64,000 nt of DNA from a virus. The notes beneath the pieces are model-generated. The model was not told where the DNA came from. It saw nothing but the letters and a program-made list of their open reading frames with translations, and did not search any database. This document shows, piece after piece, positions 40,903 through 50,951 of the stretch. The stretch lies in IMG/VR virus record IMGVR_UViG_3300012178_000001, positions 28,495 to 92,494 of that record; one strand, written 5' to 3'. The position numbers and the translations under genes are program-made. Position 1 is the first letter of the stretch. Every line of letters begins with the position of its first letter.

Positions 40903-40979
40903 TTTATTACCACCTTTCTATATCTGAATGTTGATTACATTTTAATTGAAGAAACAGTTTATATCTATGTACTTCCTAT

Positions 40980-40991
40980 TAATTTAATGTT
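40980..40991 (-). promoter_or_regulatory. Late-type promoter AACA-N6-TA
   Basis: AACATTAAATTA. Confidence 0.6.
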
Positions 40992-41000
40992 AAAATTTAA

Positions 41001-41032
41001 ATAATAAGTAAAGGATAACCTTTACTTATTAT
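41001..41032 (-). terminator. Terminator closing the fibre/lectin array
   Basis: Perfect 14-bp stem ataataagtaaagg-ataa-cctttacttattat. Confidence 0.85.
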
Positions 41033-41038
41033 ATTATG

Positions 41039-41207
41039 TTAACCACTTGTATCAATCCATATATCACTGGTTGATGGTGATGATGAAGATACTGCTGTTT
41101 TAGGTTGATTTCCTGCGTGCCAAACGGTATTGCCATTAATTTTATAAGATGCATACGAAGTCCAATATGCTAACGAGTTATATATTTCACTGTTGTATAT
41201 ATATCAT
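41039..41207 (-). pseudogene. Frameshifted mini fibre remnant
   Basis: SD GGAGG + ATG at 41207, (AT)n run, then out-of-frame YNSEIY...INGNTVWHAGNQPKTAVSSSSPSTSDIWIDTSG*. Confidence 0.7.
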
Positions 41208-41225
41208 AGTTAACCTCCAACTATT

Positions 41226-41954
41226 TTATAGACTTATTTCATTTATTTCACCGTTTACATATGTTATTCCATCAGAACCCTCTATTACTTTCTCTGAACT
41301 TTCTGGATTTGTCATTTCATAATTAATCTTTACCTCTTCGCTACTTAATGATCTGTTGTATATTCTAATATCCTGTATTTTTCCATTAAACCAGTCACCT
41401 GACCTCGAGTAGTTAGTTCCGATATTTAAGCTATATGGATTAACAATACCAGTAATAGAATGATGACTAGTATCTTCAGCACCATTCACGTAAATACTAG
41501 TAGAACTTCCATTGTATGTTATTACTACATTGTTCCAACTATTAAGGTTATAAGTTAGTACTGTTGATAAGTACCCTGATGACTTAACCGTTGTATCAGT
41601 ATAGAATTCCAATCTACTTGATGATTGTAAAGCTAGTATAAATCTGTTACTACCATTAGCCCAGAATATCCTTTCACCGTCTACACCAGATGTAGGGTAA
41701 AACCATATAGATACTGATTGTTGCGGACTAGTTTGTGTAACTGGTATACTAATGTAACTATCTACACCATTAAAACTATATGCTTTTTGACCTAGACCAC
41801 TAGTAATTGTTGCACCGCTATTTGTGCCATCATTATCACTACCAGAATAATCAATGATATCACCATCTAGTTTCCACCAACCTATGAGACCGAATGTTAC
41901 TCCAACTTCAGAGATTGAGTTATTATTTATTATACCATTCTCATATATATCCAT
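41226..41954 (-). CDS. Single LamG (ConA-like) domain receptor-binding subunit
   Basis: GLIGWWKLDG...FNGKIQDIRIYNRSLS...GEINEISL; equivalent to the C-terminal domain of 47437-50724. Confidence 0.85.
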   Translation of the reverse strand: MDIYENGIINNNSISEVGVTFGLIGWWKLDGDIIDYSGSDNDGTNSGATITSGLGQKAYSFNGVDSYISIPVTQTSPQQSVSIWFYPTSGVDGERIFWANGSNRFILALQSSSRLEFYTDTTVKSSGYLSTVLTYNLNSWNNVVITYNGSSTSIYVNGAEDTSHHSITGIVNPYSLNIGTNYSRSGDWFNGKIQDIRIYNRSLSSEEVKINYEMTNPESSEKVIEGSDGITYVNGEINEISL

Positions 41955-44314
41955 CAGACCTCAACTCCCCATAGTATTTCCTCAACCATGTCTTCAGAGC
42001 CAGTCCAACATATGAATTGACATCTAGTTGCATCCCGTCCTGAACTAGTTCTATTATAACTTATGACGTGTCTTGCACCCCAACCAAACATTAAGTTGTC
42101 AGAGGGTTCTCCAAAGTCATCTGACGGACTAGCAAATCCTATACTAGTTGAACTTATAGCAAGTATATCAGTTTTTCCATAGTAAATATCATCAATATAC
42201 ATCTTTACTTGACCATTAAGTTTTTCACCATTAGTACCTGTTAATATATCCTCCATAGTCACACCATTTGGTAATACTAATTTAACAGTGCAAGGCATTA
42301 TAAATTCACCATCTATACCGTCTGCGTGTGGATATACATAATTGGTCGGGTTACCATTTGAATCATATAGATTAATTTGCTTTACCCAAGTTACACTATC
42401 CATTTTAATAGCCGAATTATATATATTCATATCTTTATGAGATGCAAATACTCCTGACTCACTATAGGGTATTACTTTATTACTAGTAGTTGTAGCATGT
42501 AAACTATCATCTGACATATTTGTACCAAATAAATCATATTGTGGACCACCAAATTGCTTCCATGCTAATTTAATTATATTACTACTAGTGATTGCATGTG
42601 CATTTAGATTACCATTAGTGTCCATATTAACTTTTTCAGTGTATATATCCATTATATCATCATCTGATAGATTTGATGAATACATTTGGACTTCATAAAT
42701 TGTTCCATCAAACCACCTAGACTCAGGATAATATGTTCCTAGTTTATCAAATATTAAGCTATCTAATTGTGTATCTGCAGTTATAGTGTTCTCAAGTATT
42801 CCATTTATATAAAGTTTATATACACCATTTCCGTCATAGGTATATGTAAGCATATATTTTACACCATTTTGAAGTACTGTAGTTCCTGTGTACCAACCTC
42901 TCTCTGGTATATCTTGATGTATCCAAATTCCTATTTTTTGTTCATATATACTTAACCAATTAGTATTAGAATCATAACTTCCAGAGGACATTATAGAGCG
43001 TATGTCTGATATATCTGATGGTTTTATCCATTCTATTACACTCCAAGAAGTATTAGATAACATTATTGTTTTATCTGATTTTATTAGATTATCTACTCCA
43101 TTAAATTCATAATCACCTATCCCAACAGTATTTGAACCATTCCATTTTGGTGTTGTTGAAGGTACAATATATGAATTATTCCCCTGACCACTGCAGTCAC
43201 TTATAACTCCATAGTCTCTTATATCTTCTATAAACTCTGTTGCATGATCCTTTTCTTCAAGTTGTATTTTTGTTACTTTAATATCAATACTATCAATATT
43301 AGAGTAGTAGTCTCCAGTTAATATATCTAATCTCAGTTTATCACTTGTGCCAGAATAGACTGCAGTTACTTCGCATCTAATATATCCACCAGTACCATCC
43401 AATATTACATAACTTTGTGGTTGTTCTGGTGCTGTTCCACCGTCAAACATCACTAGTCTTAGTGATGCAGTACCTACTACGTTATTCTTAAAGTATGCAG
43501 ATAATGTAATGGGTTGATTTGCTGGTGTTGTACGAACTAGATTTTGATAAATGTAATAATAACTACCCGTATCAGGAACAGTCACTATTCCATGATTATA
43601 TTTAATTGAGAAACTCCCAGTCCCATTTGTAGAGAGACTCCAATCAGATGTGTCTTCAAATAATGGATTGAATATTAGGTTCTGAGTTGGTTCTACAAAG
43701 TCATCGAATTTATAGTGTAATACTTTTGCTTTAGATAATTCCTTAACTTCTCTTTCACTTAGTGCGTGGTCATATATTTTTACATCATCCACTATAGCAT
43801 CAACATAATTAATTGTATATCCCTTACCTATTGTTATATTACTACTAGATACTGAACCTATACATGTGCTATTTGCTCCTTCACTTAAATCCTTCTCACC
43901 ATTAATATACCATTGTCTACTACCATCATCATATTTTACAATACACGAGTGATACCATTGTCCTACACTTAAATCACTAGAATTTATGCTGACATACGGA
44001 GATGCATTACCGTTGCCACCACCGCAGTAGAATCTTAAATGCCCAGGGGTTTCCAAGTTTATAGTAAACTCACCACCATATGCTTTATCTATTACAGTAC
44101 ATCTATTAGTAAGACCATTTATATAGATCCAAAATGATATAGACAATTCACCAACTATTTGTAAGTCTTCATGGTTTGGTACAGTAATATATCCATCCGA
44201 CCTACCAGTTCCCAGCTTACTATTTGAGTATACTGTAGATGTTTCCACCCCATGATGCTTTAATAAACTATCTTCTGCATTTCCATCTAATTTATAATGT
44301 GCTACTAAACTCAT
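41954..44314 (-). CDS. Multi-LamG/CBM receptor-binding protein
   Basis: MSLVAHYKLDG; LamG signatures (WYH...YING, DDVKIYDHALS); CBM-like insert ending IQLEEKDHATEF. Confidence 0.85.
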   Translation of the reverse strand: MSLVAHYKLDGNAEDSLLKHHGVETSTVYSNSKLGTGRSDGYITVPNHEDLQIVGELSISFWIYINGLTNRCTVIDKAYGGEFTINLETPGHLRFYCGGGNGNASPYVSINSSDLSVGQWYHSCIVKYDDGSRQWYINGEKDLSEGANSTCIGSVSSSNITIGKGYTINYVDAIVDDVKIYDHALSEREVKELSKAKVLHYKFDDFVEPTQNLIFNPLFEDTSDWSLSTNGTGSFSIKYNHGIVTVPDTGSYYYIYQNLVRTTPANQPITLSAYFKNNVVGTASLRLVMFDGGTAPEQPQSYVILDGTGGYIRCEVTAVYSGTSDKLRLDILTGDYYSNIDSIDIKVTKIQLEEKDHATEFIEDIRDYGVISDCSGQGNNSYIVPSTTPKWNGSNTVGIGDYEFNGVDNLIKSDKTIMLSNTSWSVIEWIKPSDISDIRSIMSSGSYDSNTNWLSIYEQKIGIWIHQDIPERGWYTGTTVLQNGVKYMLTYTYDGNGVYKLYINGILENTITADTQLDSLIFDKLGTYYPESRWFDGTIYEVQMYSSNLSDDDIMDIYTEKVNMDTNGNLNAHAITSSNIIKLAWKQFGGPQYDLFGTNMSDDSLHATTTSNKVIPYSESGVFASHKDMNIYNSAIKMDSVTWVKQINLYDSNGNPTNYVYPHADGIDGEFIMPCTVKLVLPNGVTMEDILTGTNGEKLNGQVKMYIDDIYYGKTDILAISSTSIGFASPSDDFGEPSDNLMFGWGARHVISYNRTSSGRDATRCQFICWTGSEDMVEEILWGVEV

Positions 44315-44338
44315 TCTAGCCCCCTAAAATACTATATA

Positions 44339-45433
44339 TTAACCGCTTGTATCTATCCATATATCATTAGTTGCTGGTGATGAAGGTGCTGATGATGCAA
44401 CAGTAATCTTATATCCATTGACTTCATTATGTGAATGACTAGCATTAGCAAATGCACTTGCATGCTCTCCGTCTAAAGTATCTACATCTAATTTTTTACC
44501 AGATACTGTACTCTTTACTGAGTCTGACCCGTATGATGTGGCATATGAAATATTCAATGGATTATCCCATTCAGCATTATCATCACCATTGTAACCTATA
44601 ATTAACTCCCTAACTGATATTACACTATAATCATATTGACCTGTATTAGTAACGTCACCAATATATATTACGCCATAATTAGATGGATCTCTAGCAAATC
44701 TAACTGTATCATTTGGTTTCATAGAACTAGTTGATTTAAAATATGCAAACGTGTTAATCCAAGTAGGAGATGCATATAAATAACCACCTAATGTAACAGT
44801 GAAACTTGTGTGGGTAGTATATTCATAGACATCGACTACCATACGCATCATAGAGTATGAAGACAATTTAGCTGGCAGTTTTATTCTTATAGCACCATTA
44901 TTATTACTTACTGGATTATTGTATGTTCCACCTTTCGGGTTTATAAGTTTTCTAACTCCACCTACACGATTCCTAATATTCATATTACTCATATCATTAA
45001 CTGTTAGATCTCCTGTCACTGTTCCCCCACTTGTTGGTAAGTAACTATGTGAGTGACTAGCATTAGCAAATGCACTAGCATGTTCTCCATCTATGGTGTC
45101 AACATCCAAACTATTACCAGAACCTTCGTTACCAACTGTTAACACACTTTTATTATTTACTCTAACATCCCCACCGTCATAGTTTAAATCTAATACACTA
45201 TACGAACCATTATTTATAGTCTTTATGTCTGAACCATTTAGTCTTATATTCGCAGAGTTCGTTGGTCCTATCTGTAGGGGATGTTCAGTTGTGGTATTAC
45301 CCACGCCCTGACTACTTGTAGTTTTTATAGTTCCACTTACACTCAAGGAGTTTATAACTTCTATATCTCTTGCACTAAGTAATCCTGTAACTTTTAGTAT
45401 TCCATATGTTAAAGTGCTTCCTAGGCTTGCCAT
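44339..45433 (-). CDS. Tail-fibre stalk protein (tandem copy B)
   Basis: MASLGSTLTYG, D.DTIDG..ASAFA.ASHSH, C-terminal APSSPATNDIWIDTSG. Confidence 0.8.
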   Translation of the reverse strand: MASLGSTLTYGILKVTGLLSARDIEVINSLSVSGTIKTTSSQGVGNTTTEHPLQIGPTNSANIRLNGSDIKTINNGSYSVLDLNYDGGDVRVNNKSVLTVGNEGSGNSLDVDTIDGEHASAFANASHSHSYLPTSGGTVTGDLTVNDMSNMNIRNRVGGVRKLINPKGGTYNNPVSNNNGAIRIKLPAKLSSYSMMRMVVDVYEYTTHTSFTVTLGGYLYASPTWINTFAYFKSTSSMKPNDTVRFARDPSNYGVIYIGDVTNTGQYDYSVISVRELIIGYNGDDNAEWDNPLNISYATSYGSDSVKSTVSGKKLDVDTLDGEHASAFANASHSHNEVNGYKITVASSAPSSPATNDIWIDTSG

Positions 45434-45454
45434 AAAACTATACCCTCCTTTATA

Positions 45455-46549
45455 TTAACCACCAGTATCTACCCATATGTCATTTGTTGATGGACTTGAT
45501 GGAGCCGATGTTCCTACTGTAACTTTAATACCATTTACCTCAGTATGTGAATGACTAGCATTAGCAAATGCACTAGCATGTTCTCCATCCAGAGTATCAG
45601 CATCTAATTTTTTTCCAGTTATAGTCCCCTTTATAGCATCTGTACCATATGATGTTGCATATGATATATTTAATGCATTATCCCATTGTGCGTTATCATC
45701 ACCACTATGACCTATAATTAATTCTCTTACAGATATTACACTATAATCATATTGACCTGTAGCTCCTACATCACCAATGTATATAACACCATATCCCGCT
45801 GTATCAATTGCGAATCTAACTGCAGGAGTTACTTGCATAGAACTAGTTGATTCAAAGTATGCAAATTCATTAACCCAATTAAATGATGAGTATAAATACC
45901 CACCTAACGAAACAGTGAAACTAGACCCACCAGCGTAATCATATACATCAACTATCATACGTAACATAGAGCTATAATTCTCATGACCTGGTAAGTTTAT
46001 CTTTATAGCCCCGTTTATATTACTTGATGTTAGGTTATAAGTACCGCCCTTAGGATTTAGAATCTTTCTAACTCCATTTTCCCATGTTCTTATATGTACA
46101 TCACTCATCCCATTAACTGTTAAATCATTTGTTACAGTTCCTCCACTTAGTGGCACATAACTATGTGAATGACTAGCATTAGCAAATGCACTAGCATGTT
46201 CTCCATCTACAGTGTCTGCATCAATTCCATTACCTGAACCTTCATCACCAGTAGTGAGTATCCTTTGGTTGTTTGCTCTAACTTCCCCACCATTATAATT
46301 TAAATGTAATATACTATAAGCACCGTTATTTATTGCCTTTATATCAGAGCCAGTTATTCTTAAGTTAGCACCAGTTGTTGGTCCTATTTGTAAAGGATGT
46401 TCTGTTGATATATTATCTGCGGCTTGACCACTTATAATATTTATAGAACCACCTAACTTTAAGGAATTTACTACTTCCATATCCTTAGATTTTACCAATC
46501 CTGTAATTTTTAGTATCCCATAAACTATTGAACTTCCAAGAGATCCCAT
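45455..46549 (-). CDS. Tail-fibre stalk protein (tandem copy A)
   Basis: Same length (364 aa) and colinear with 44339-45433. Confidence 0.8.
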   Translation of the reverse strand: MGSLGSSIVYGILKITGLVKSKDMEVVNSLKLGGSINIISGQAADNISTEHPLQIGPTTGANLRITGSDIKAINNGAYSILHLNYNGGEVRANNQRILTTGDEGSGNGIDADTVDGEHASAFANASHSHSYVPLSGGTVTNDLTVNGMSDVHIRTWENGVRKILNPKGGTYNLTSSNINGAIKINLPGHENYSSMLRMIVDVYDYAGGSSFTVSLGGYLYSSFNWVNEFAYFESTSSMQVTPAVRFAIDTAGYGVIYIGDVGATGQYDYSVISVRELIIGHSGDDNAQWDNALNISYATSYGTDAIKGTITGKKLDADTLDGEHASAFANASHSHTEVNGIKVTVGTSAPSSPSTNDIWVDTGG

Positions 46550-46804
46550 TATAAATTCACCTCATCTATTTGTCCTTTTATAAATACCTGTTTATCCTTA
46601 TTCTGTATTATTTGTTCGTTAGAATTAGGGTCTGTCATCTTATAATTAATAGTTATTTCTTCTTCTGATAGTGCTCTCATCAAATTTGTAACACTTTCAT
46701 AGTTTCCCATCAGCAACAGTTGGTGAGCCATCAACTATCCCATGATGCTTTAATAAACTATCCTCCACATTTCCATCTAATTTATAATGTGCTATTAATC
46801 TCAT
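46549..46804 (-). pseudogene. Internally deleted LamG head remnant
   Basis: MRLIAHYKLDGNVEDSLLKHHG... (stop at 46697), YKFDE fragment, then out-of-frame C-terminus RALSEEEITINY...KGQIDEVNL. Confidence 0.8.
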
Positions 46805-46822
46805 AATATAGACTCATATATA

Positions 46823-47437
46823 TTAACCACTTGTATCTATCCATATATCATTAGTTGAAGGTGATGATGGTGCTGTTGTCCCTACTGTAAGGTGATGTCC
46901 ATCTATTTTATCGCTATCAGCCGCCGAGTCGGAATATCGTGCCCTATCGACTCTAACCCCATAAGTACCTGATCCATTATACCCCATAAGAGTAGGATAA
47001 CTAGCTTTCCAACTAGTGTTTGGATTTGTTTTATCACAGGTTGCTCCAGTTGGCGTTGTACCTGCGGATGCATCAAAAATAGTATGGTTATTATTATAGT
47101 TTCTCCATGCTAATTGACCAACCACAATGTCGTCACCATTATTAGTATACCAATTTGTTCTGTTAGATAGGTGATACCCATCTAATTTATCGCTATCAGC
47201 TGCCTTTCCAGATGTAGTTAGGTATGTACTATGACTATGACTAGAAACAGCAAACGCACTCGCATGTTCCCCGTCAACTGTATCAGCATCAATTCCCTTA
47301 CCAGATCCCTCATCTGCAGTAGTTAGTACGTTATTTCCACCCACTGTCAAACTTTCTTCTATCTCCATTGCTTTAGCCTTTATTAATCTTGTCACTCTTA
47401 GTAGTCCATATACTATACTACTTCCAAAGTTAGACAT
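46823..47437 (-). CDS. Short tail-fibre stalk protein
   Basis: MSNFGSSIVYG, GIDADTVDG, HSH, YPTLMGYNGSGTYGVRVD, APSSPSTNDIWIDTSG. Confidence 0.8.
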   Translation of the reverse strand: MSNFGSSIVYGLLRVTRLIKAKAMEIEESLTVGGNNVLTTADEGSGKGIDADTVDGEHASAFAVSSHSHSTYLTTSGKAADSDKLDGYHLSNRTNWYTNNGDDIVVGQLAWRNYNNNHTIFDASAGTTPTGATCDKTNPNTSWKASYPTLMGYNGSGTYGVRVDRARYSDSAADSDKIDGHHLTVGTTAPSSPSTNDIWIDTSG

Positions 47438-50400
47438 TAAATATTCACCTCGCTTAATTCACCTTTAATGTAGAGAATGTTATTATCTTGTATTACTTTT
47501 TCTCCATTATTTGGATTAGTTATTCTATAATTAATTGAAATTTCTTTCTCTGATAGTACTCTATCATATATTCTAAAATCTTGTACTTTACCATTAAAGC
47601 TTTTAGCATATGGATATGATGCTCCTCCTGTAGATCTACCAATTGAACTAAAGCTAAAATATTCAGTATCTGGATTTGCCCCTCTTGACATATAACCAGT
47701 ATGAAATAGATTACCATTTTGATACCATCTTACAGGTCTCTCTGATTCGTTATTAGCAAATACTATCGTAAAGTGACTCCATACTCCTTTAACATCATCT
47801 GGGAATGCTCCTGAACCAAAAGTATAACCATTCTGTAGAGCCGCCTCAGTTCTAAAGTTCTTACCGTCACTGTATATTTCTATATGTCTTATAGTACTAC
47901 TCCCTCTAAATAATGACATTCTGTCAACTGCATTAGCATCTACCTTTATCCATATACTATAAGTACAACCACTTGGATAATTACTCGTACTAGTATTTGT
48001 TATTAATTCAGGGATTAGTATATTACCACCATATACTGTTCCATCACTAGTTCCACTCCCATCTAAATCATATGCTTGCTGTCCTAATCCACTTGTGATA
48101 GTAGCACCATCATTTGTTCCATCATTATTACCAAGAGAATAGTCATCAGTATTTCCGTCTAATTTCCACCAACCTACAAGACCATTTGTTATTCCAACCT
48201 CACTATATCCGTTACTATAATTCACACCAGATGATTTTAGCTCAATTATATTAAGTTCACCAGAAGATATAGGTCTATGTTCTCCACAACCTATGATTGC
48301 TTCAATAGGTAATTCATTTCCATTTACTACTTCAAACCTCGGTCTATAATGCTTAACATATGTTCCATCCCCAATTTCACCATACTCATACATTGGATAC
48401 TGTCTTACATATACAGATGAAGCATTACTCATCCAATTAAAGTTTCTACCTACATTAAAGTAGGTTCCATCAGTATAGTAACCTTTACCGCTAGTTGGAT
48501 TACCAGTTGTTCCATATGGGTATATAAAGAACTCCCATAATACCCATTTACCTAAGTAATTTGTATCACCCATTGATGGGGCAGTAAAATATGGATTTGT
48601 ATTAGCAGTTGTTGTGTTTACGTTACAGACACTGTCTGACATACCAACATAATTTCTTTGATTACTAGATGAGCTTGGCTCTTCGTGACAGTATATCCAC
48701 TGTGTAAATCTATATGTTCTATTTGGATTTATTGTAAATCTATAATATGTTGTTGGGTGAGCATATTGTTGATAATGTAATGAGTTCGATTCAAATTTTA
48801 TCATAGTATCAACTTCGTCGATAGGGTTTATGAAATCATCTATAATATTAGTATAATTTGAATTTGCATTTATATCCATGCTTCCAGAGAGCATAGGATG
48901 TGTAAAGGATTTACTTGCTGTATAACTTCCTTTCTCCCATACCTCATATCTTATTAGATTATTATATTCATCAATACCACTTTCATCGAAAGTTTGTGCA
49001 TTAAAGTCTCCTGATATATCTATATTAAGTCTTTGTTTATATAAATCATTAATATCATCTTGGGATAAAACAGTTGCATATATCCTTATGTCCTGTATGC
49101 ATGCCATAACCCCATAGTTGGCATAATCACGAGCTATTCTACCAATTGATATCCCTGTATCTATATTTGCAGATACATTACCATCCCTTATTGTATTTAA
49201 GGTTGCTTTATTTCCATTAATATAAATATCTAATGATGTTGACTTGAATTGCCCCTCATCTCTTTTTACCCATACTATATGAGTCCATTCATTTAATGGT
49301 ATAATTTCTGAAGTATAGTATGTAGTACTTCCCCATTCATCAAAACCTACCCTATCTGTGGCATAACTTTGATAAGATGATATAGCATTATTCCTACTCC
49401 CTATCCCCCATAGTCCTGCGGCTTGCCAAGTGCCAGTTCTTTTAAACCATCCAGAAACAGTGAAAATAGGATTCGTTCCAATATTAAAGTCAGGATTAGA
49501 TATATTTTCATTATCAGATTCAAAATTATAAGCACCATTTCCAATCTTACTATCCTCAGTCCATTCTGGTGTAGTTGCTAAATTCACTACCCCATCATTA
49601 CCTTGTCCACTATTATCGTTTATAATTCCATAATCTCTCGTTCCCACTACAAACTCAGTAGAGTAATCTTTAGTTTCAAATTGTATTTTCTTTACATATG
49701 ATGTTCCTGCATCAATAGTACTAGGCATGTGATAAAATGATACAATCACATCTGTCGAGGGATTTCCATCACCTAATAAATAACTATCATCCCTTGTTAG
49801 GGTTCTTTCATATTTCTCATAATCCAATGATGTACTACTTATCTGTGTGCTAGCACCCCAACTATCGCCAGGATTTCGGGTGTAAATATACATAGTAACT
49901 CGTCCACCAGCATCTTTTCTAACTTTATCTATTTTCATTAGAGCACTTAAAGTTACACTTTCTCCGTCAGCAACTCCTAATTCACTCCATGTCCATGATT
50001 GAGATAAAAATCCATATCCTGTACCTGAATAAGCATAACCATCTTCTCTTGGACTACTCATCCAATTCTTAGTAGGCTCTACAAATTCATCAAATTTATA
50101 ATGCAATACCTTAGCCCTAGACAATTCTTTTACTTCTCTTTCAGTTAATGTATGGTCATAAATTCTAACATCATTAAGTTGTCCATAAAACTCATAATTA
50201 TTAAGGTAAGAGCCTGCCCATTGTCCAATTAATATTGGATAATCTGTAAAATATGGAGTCTTACTTAATATTATTGAATTATCCAGTATTCCATTTATAT
50301 ATACTTTCATATTATTACTATTATAATTATAAGTGAAAGCTACATGTGACCATTCATTTAAAGGTGTTGTACCAATAGAATTTATTCCATAACTCCGTGT

Positions 50401-50724
50401 TCCATCTGTATAACCTCCGTCTATGTGAATCTTTTTATCACTTCTACGTGACATAGTAAAGTTAGAAGGAGCACCATGATTATGATTAGATATTAGTCCA
50501 CCTATTCCAACATCAGATGTAGGATATATCCATATAGCAAAGGATACATCTCCCCTTAAAGTCTGATTTGAGGAGGTTCGTATATAAGTGTTATCTGCAA
50601 AGTTATATGATTGTCCTATCTTACCATTACTTGAGATAGTTACTCCACTTGTTGTAACTTCTATATTATTCCCACTATAATCATTTATGTTCCCAGTTAA
50701 TGGAAAGTGTGCAATTAAACTCAT
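47437..50724 (-). CDS. Multi-LamG/CBM receptor-binding protein
   Basis: Three LamG domains (DVRIYD/DIRIYA/DFRIYD), CBM-like inserts, ends KGELSEVNI. Confidence 0.85.
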   Translation of the reverse strand: MSLIAHFPLTGNINDYSGNNIEVTTSGVTISSNGKIGQSYNFADNTYIRTSSNQTLRGDVSFAIWIYPTSDVGIGGLISNHNHGAPSNFTMSRRSDKKIHIDGGYTDGTRSYGINSIGTTPLNEWSHVAFTYNYNSNNMKVYINGILDNSIILSKTPYFTDYPILIGQWAGSYLNNYEFYGQLNDVRIYDHTLTEREVKELSRAKVLHYKFDEFVEPTKNWMSSPREDGYAYSGTGYGFLSQSWTWSELGVADGESVTLSALMKIDKVRKDAGGRVTMYIYTRNPGDSWGASTQISSTSLDYEKYERTLTRDDSYLLGDGNPSTDVIVSFYHMPSTIDAGTSYVKKIQFETKDYSTEFVVGTRDYGIINDNSGQGNDGVVNLATTPEWTEDSKIGNGAYNFESDNENISNPDFNIGTNPIFTVSGWFKRTGTWQAAGLWGIGSRNNAISSYQSYATDRVGFDEWGSTTYYTSEIIPLNEWTHIVWVKRDEGQFKSTSLDIYINGNKATLNTIRDGNVSANIDTGISIGRIARDYANYGVMACIQDIRIYATVLSQDDINDLYKQRLNIDISGDFNAQTFDESGIDEYNNLIRYEVWEKGSYTASKSFTHPMLSGSMDINANSNYTNIIDDFINPIDEVDTMIKFESNSLHYQQYAHPTTYYRFTINPNRTYRFTQWIYCHEEPSSSSNQRNYVGMSDSVCNVNTTTANTNPYFTAPSMGDTNYLGKWVLWEFFIYPYGTTGNPTSGKGYYTDGTYFNVGRNFNWMSNASSVYVRQYPMYEYGEIGDGTYVKHYRPRFEVVNGNELPIEAIIGCGEHRPISSGELNIIELKSSGVNYSNGYSEVGITNGLVGWWKLDGNTDDYSLGNNDGTNDGATITSGLGQQAYDLDGSGTSDGTVYGGNILIPELITNTSTSNYPSGCTYSIWIKVDANAVDRMSLFRGSSTIRHIEIYSDGKNFRTEAALQNGYTFGSGAFPDDVKGVWSHFTIVFANNESERPVRWYQNGNLFHTGYMSRGANPDTEYFSFSSIGRSTGGASYPYAKSFNGKVQDFRIYDRVLSEKEISINYRITNPNNGEKVIQDNNILYIKGELSEVNI

Positions 50725-50756
50725 TTTAACCTCCTAAAATATTATTTATGAAAATT

Positions 50757-50951
50757 CTATTCTTCATTAATTAGTTCATTTAAAGTAGTCATACTCCCTT
50801 TAAGTTCAATCATCTCTTGATTTACTTTTTTTGCTTCTTCATCTAACTGTTGTAGTTGTTTATATAAATTAGTATATCTTTCTTCAACTTCTTTCAACTT
50901 ATTCTTTAGTATTTTATCATCCATTTTTATCCCCTTTATATTCTTAACCAA
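50757..50951 (-). CDS. Small coiled-coil protein, possible fibre chaperone (start probably ATG 50924)
   Basis: Heptad repeat; SD AAAGGGG. Confidence 0.6.
   Translation of the reverse strand: MVKNIKGIKMDDKILKNKLKEVEERYTNLYKQLQQLDEEAKKVNQEMIELKGSMTTLNELINEE

Noticed and set aside
44339-46549. Diversity-generating retroelement TR/VR pair
   Set aside because: Both copies are full ORFs; in the segments compared by eye, differences are largely synonymous and not adenine-specific; no reverse transcriptase in the window
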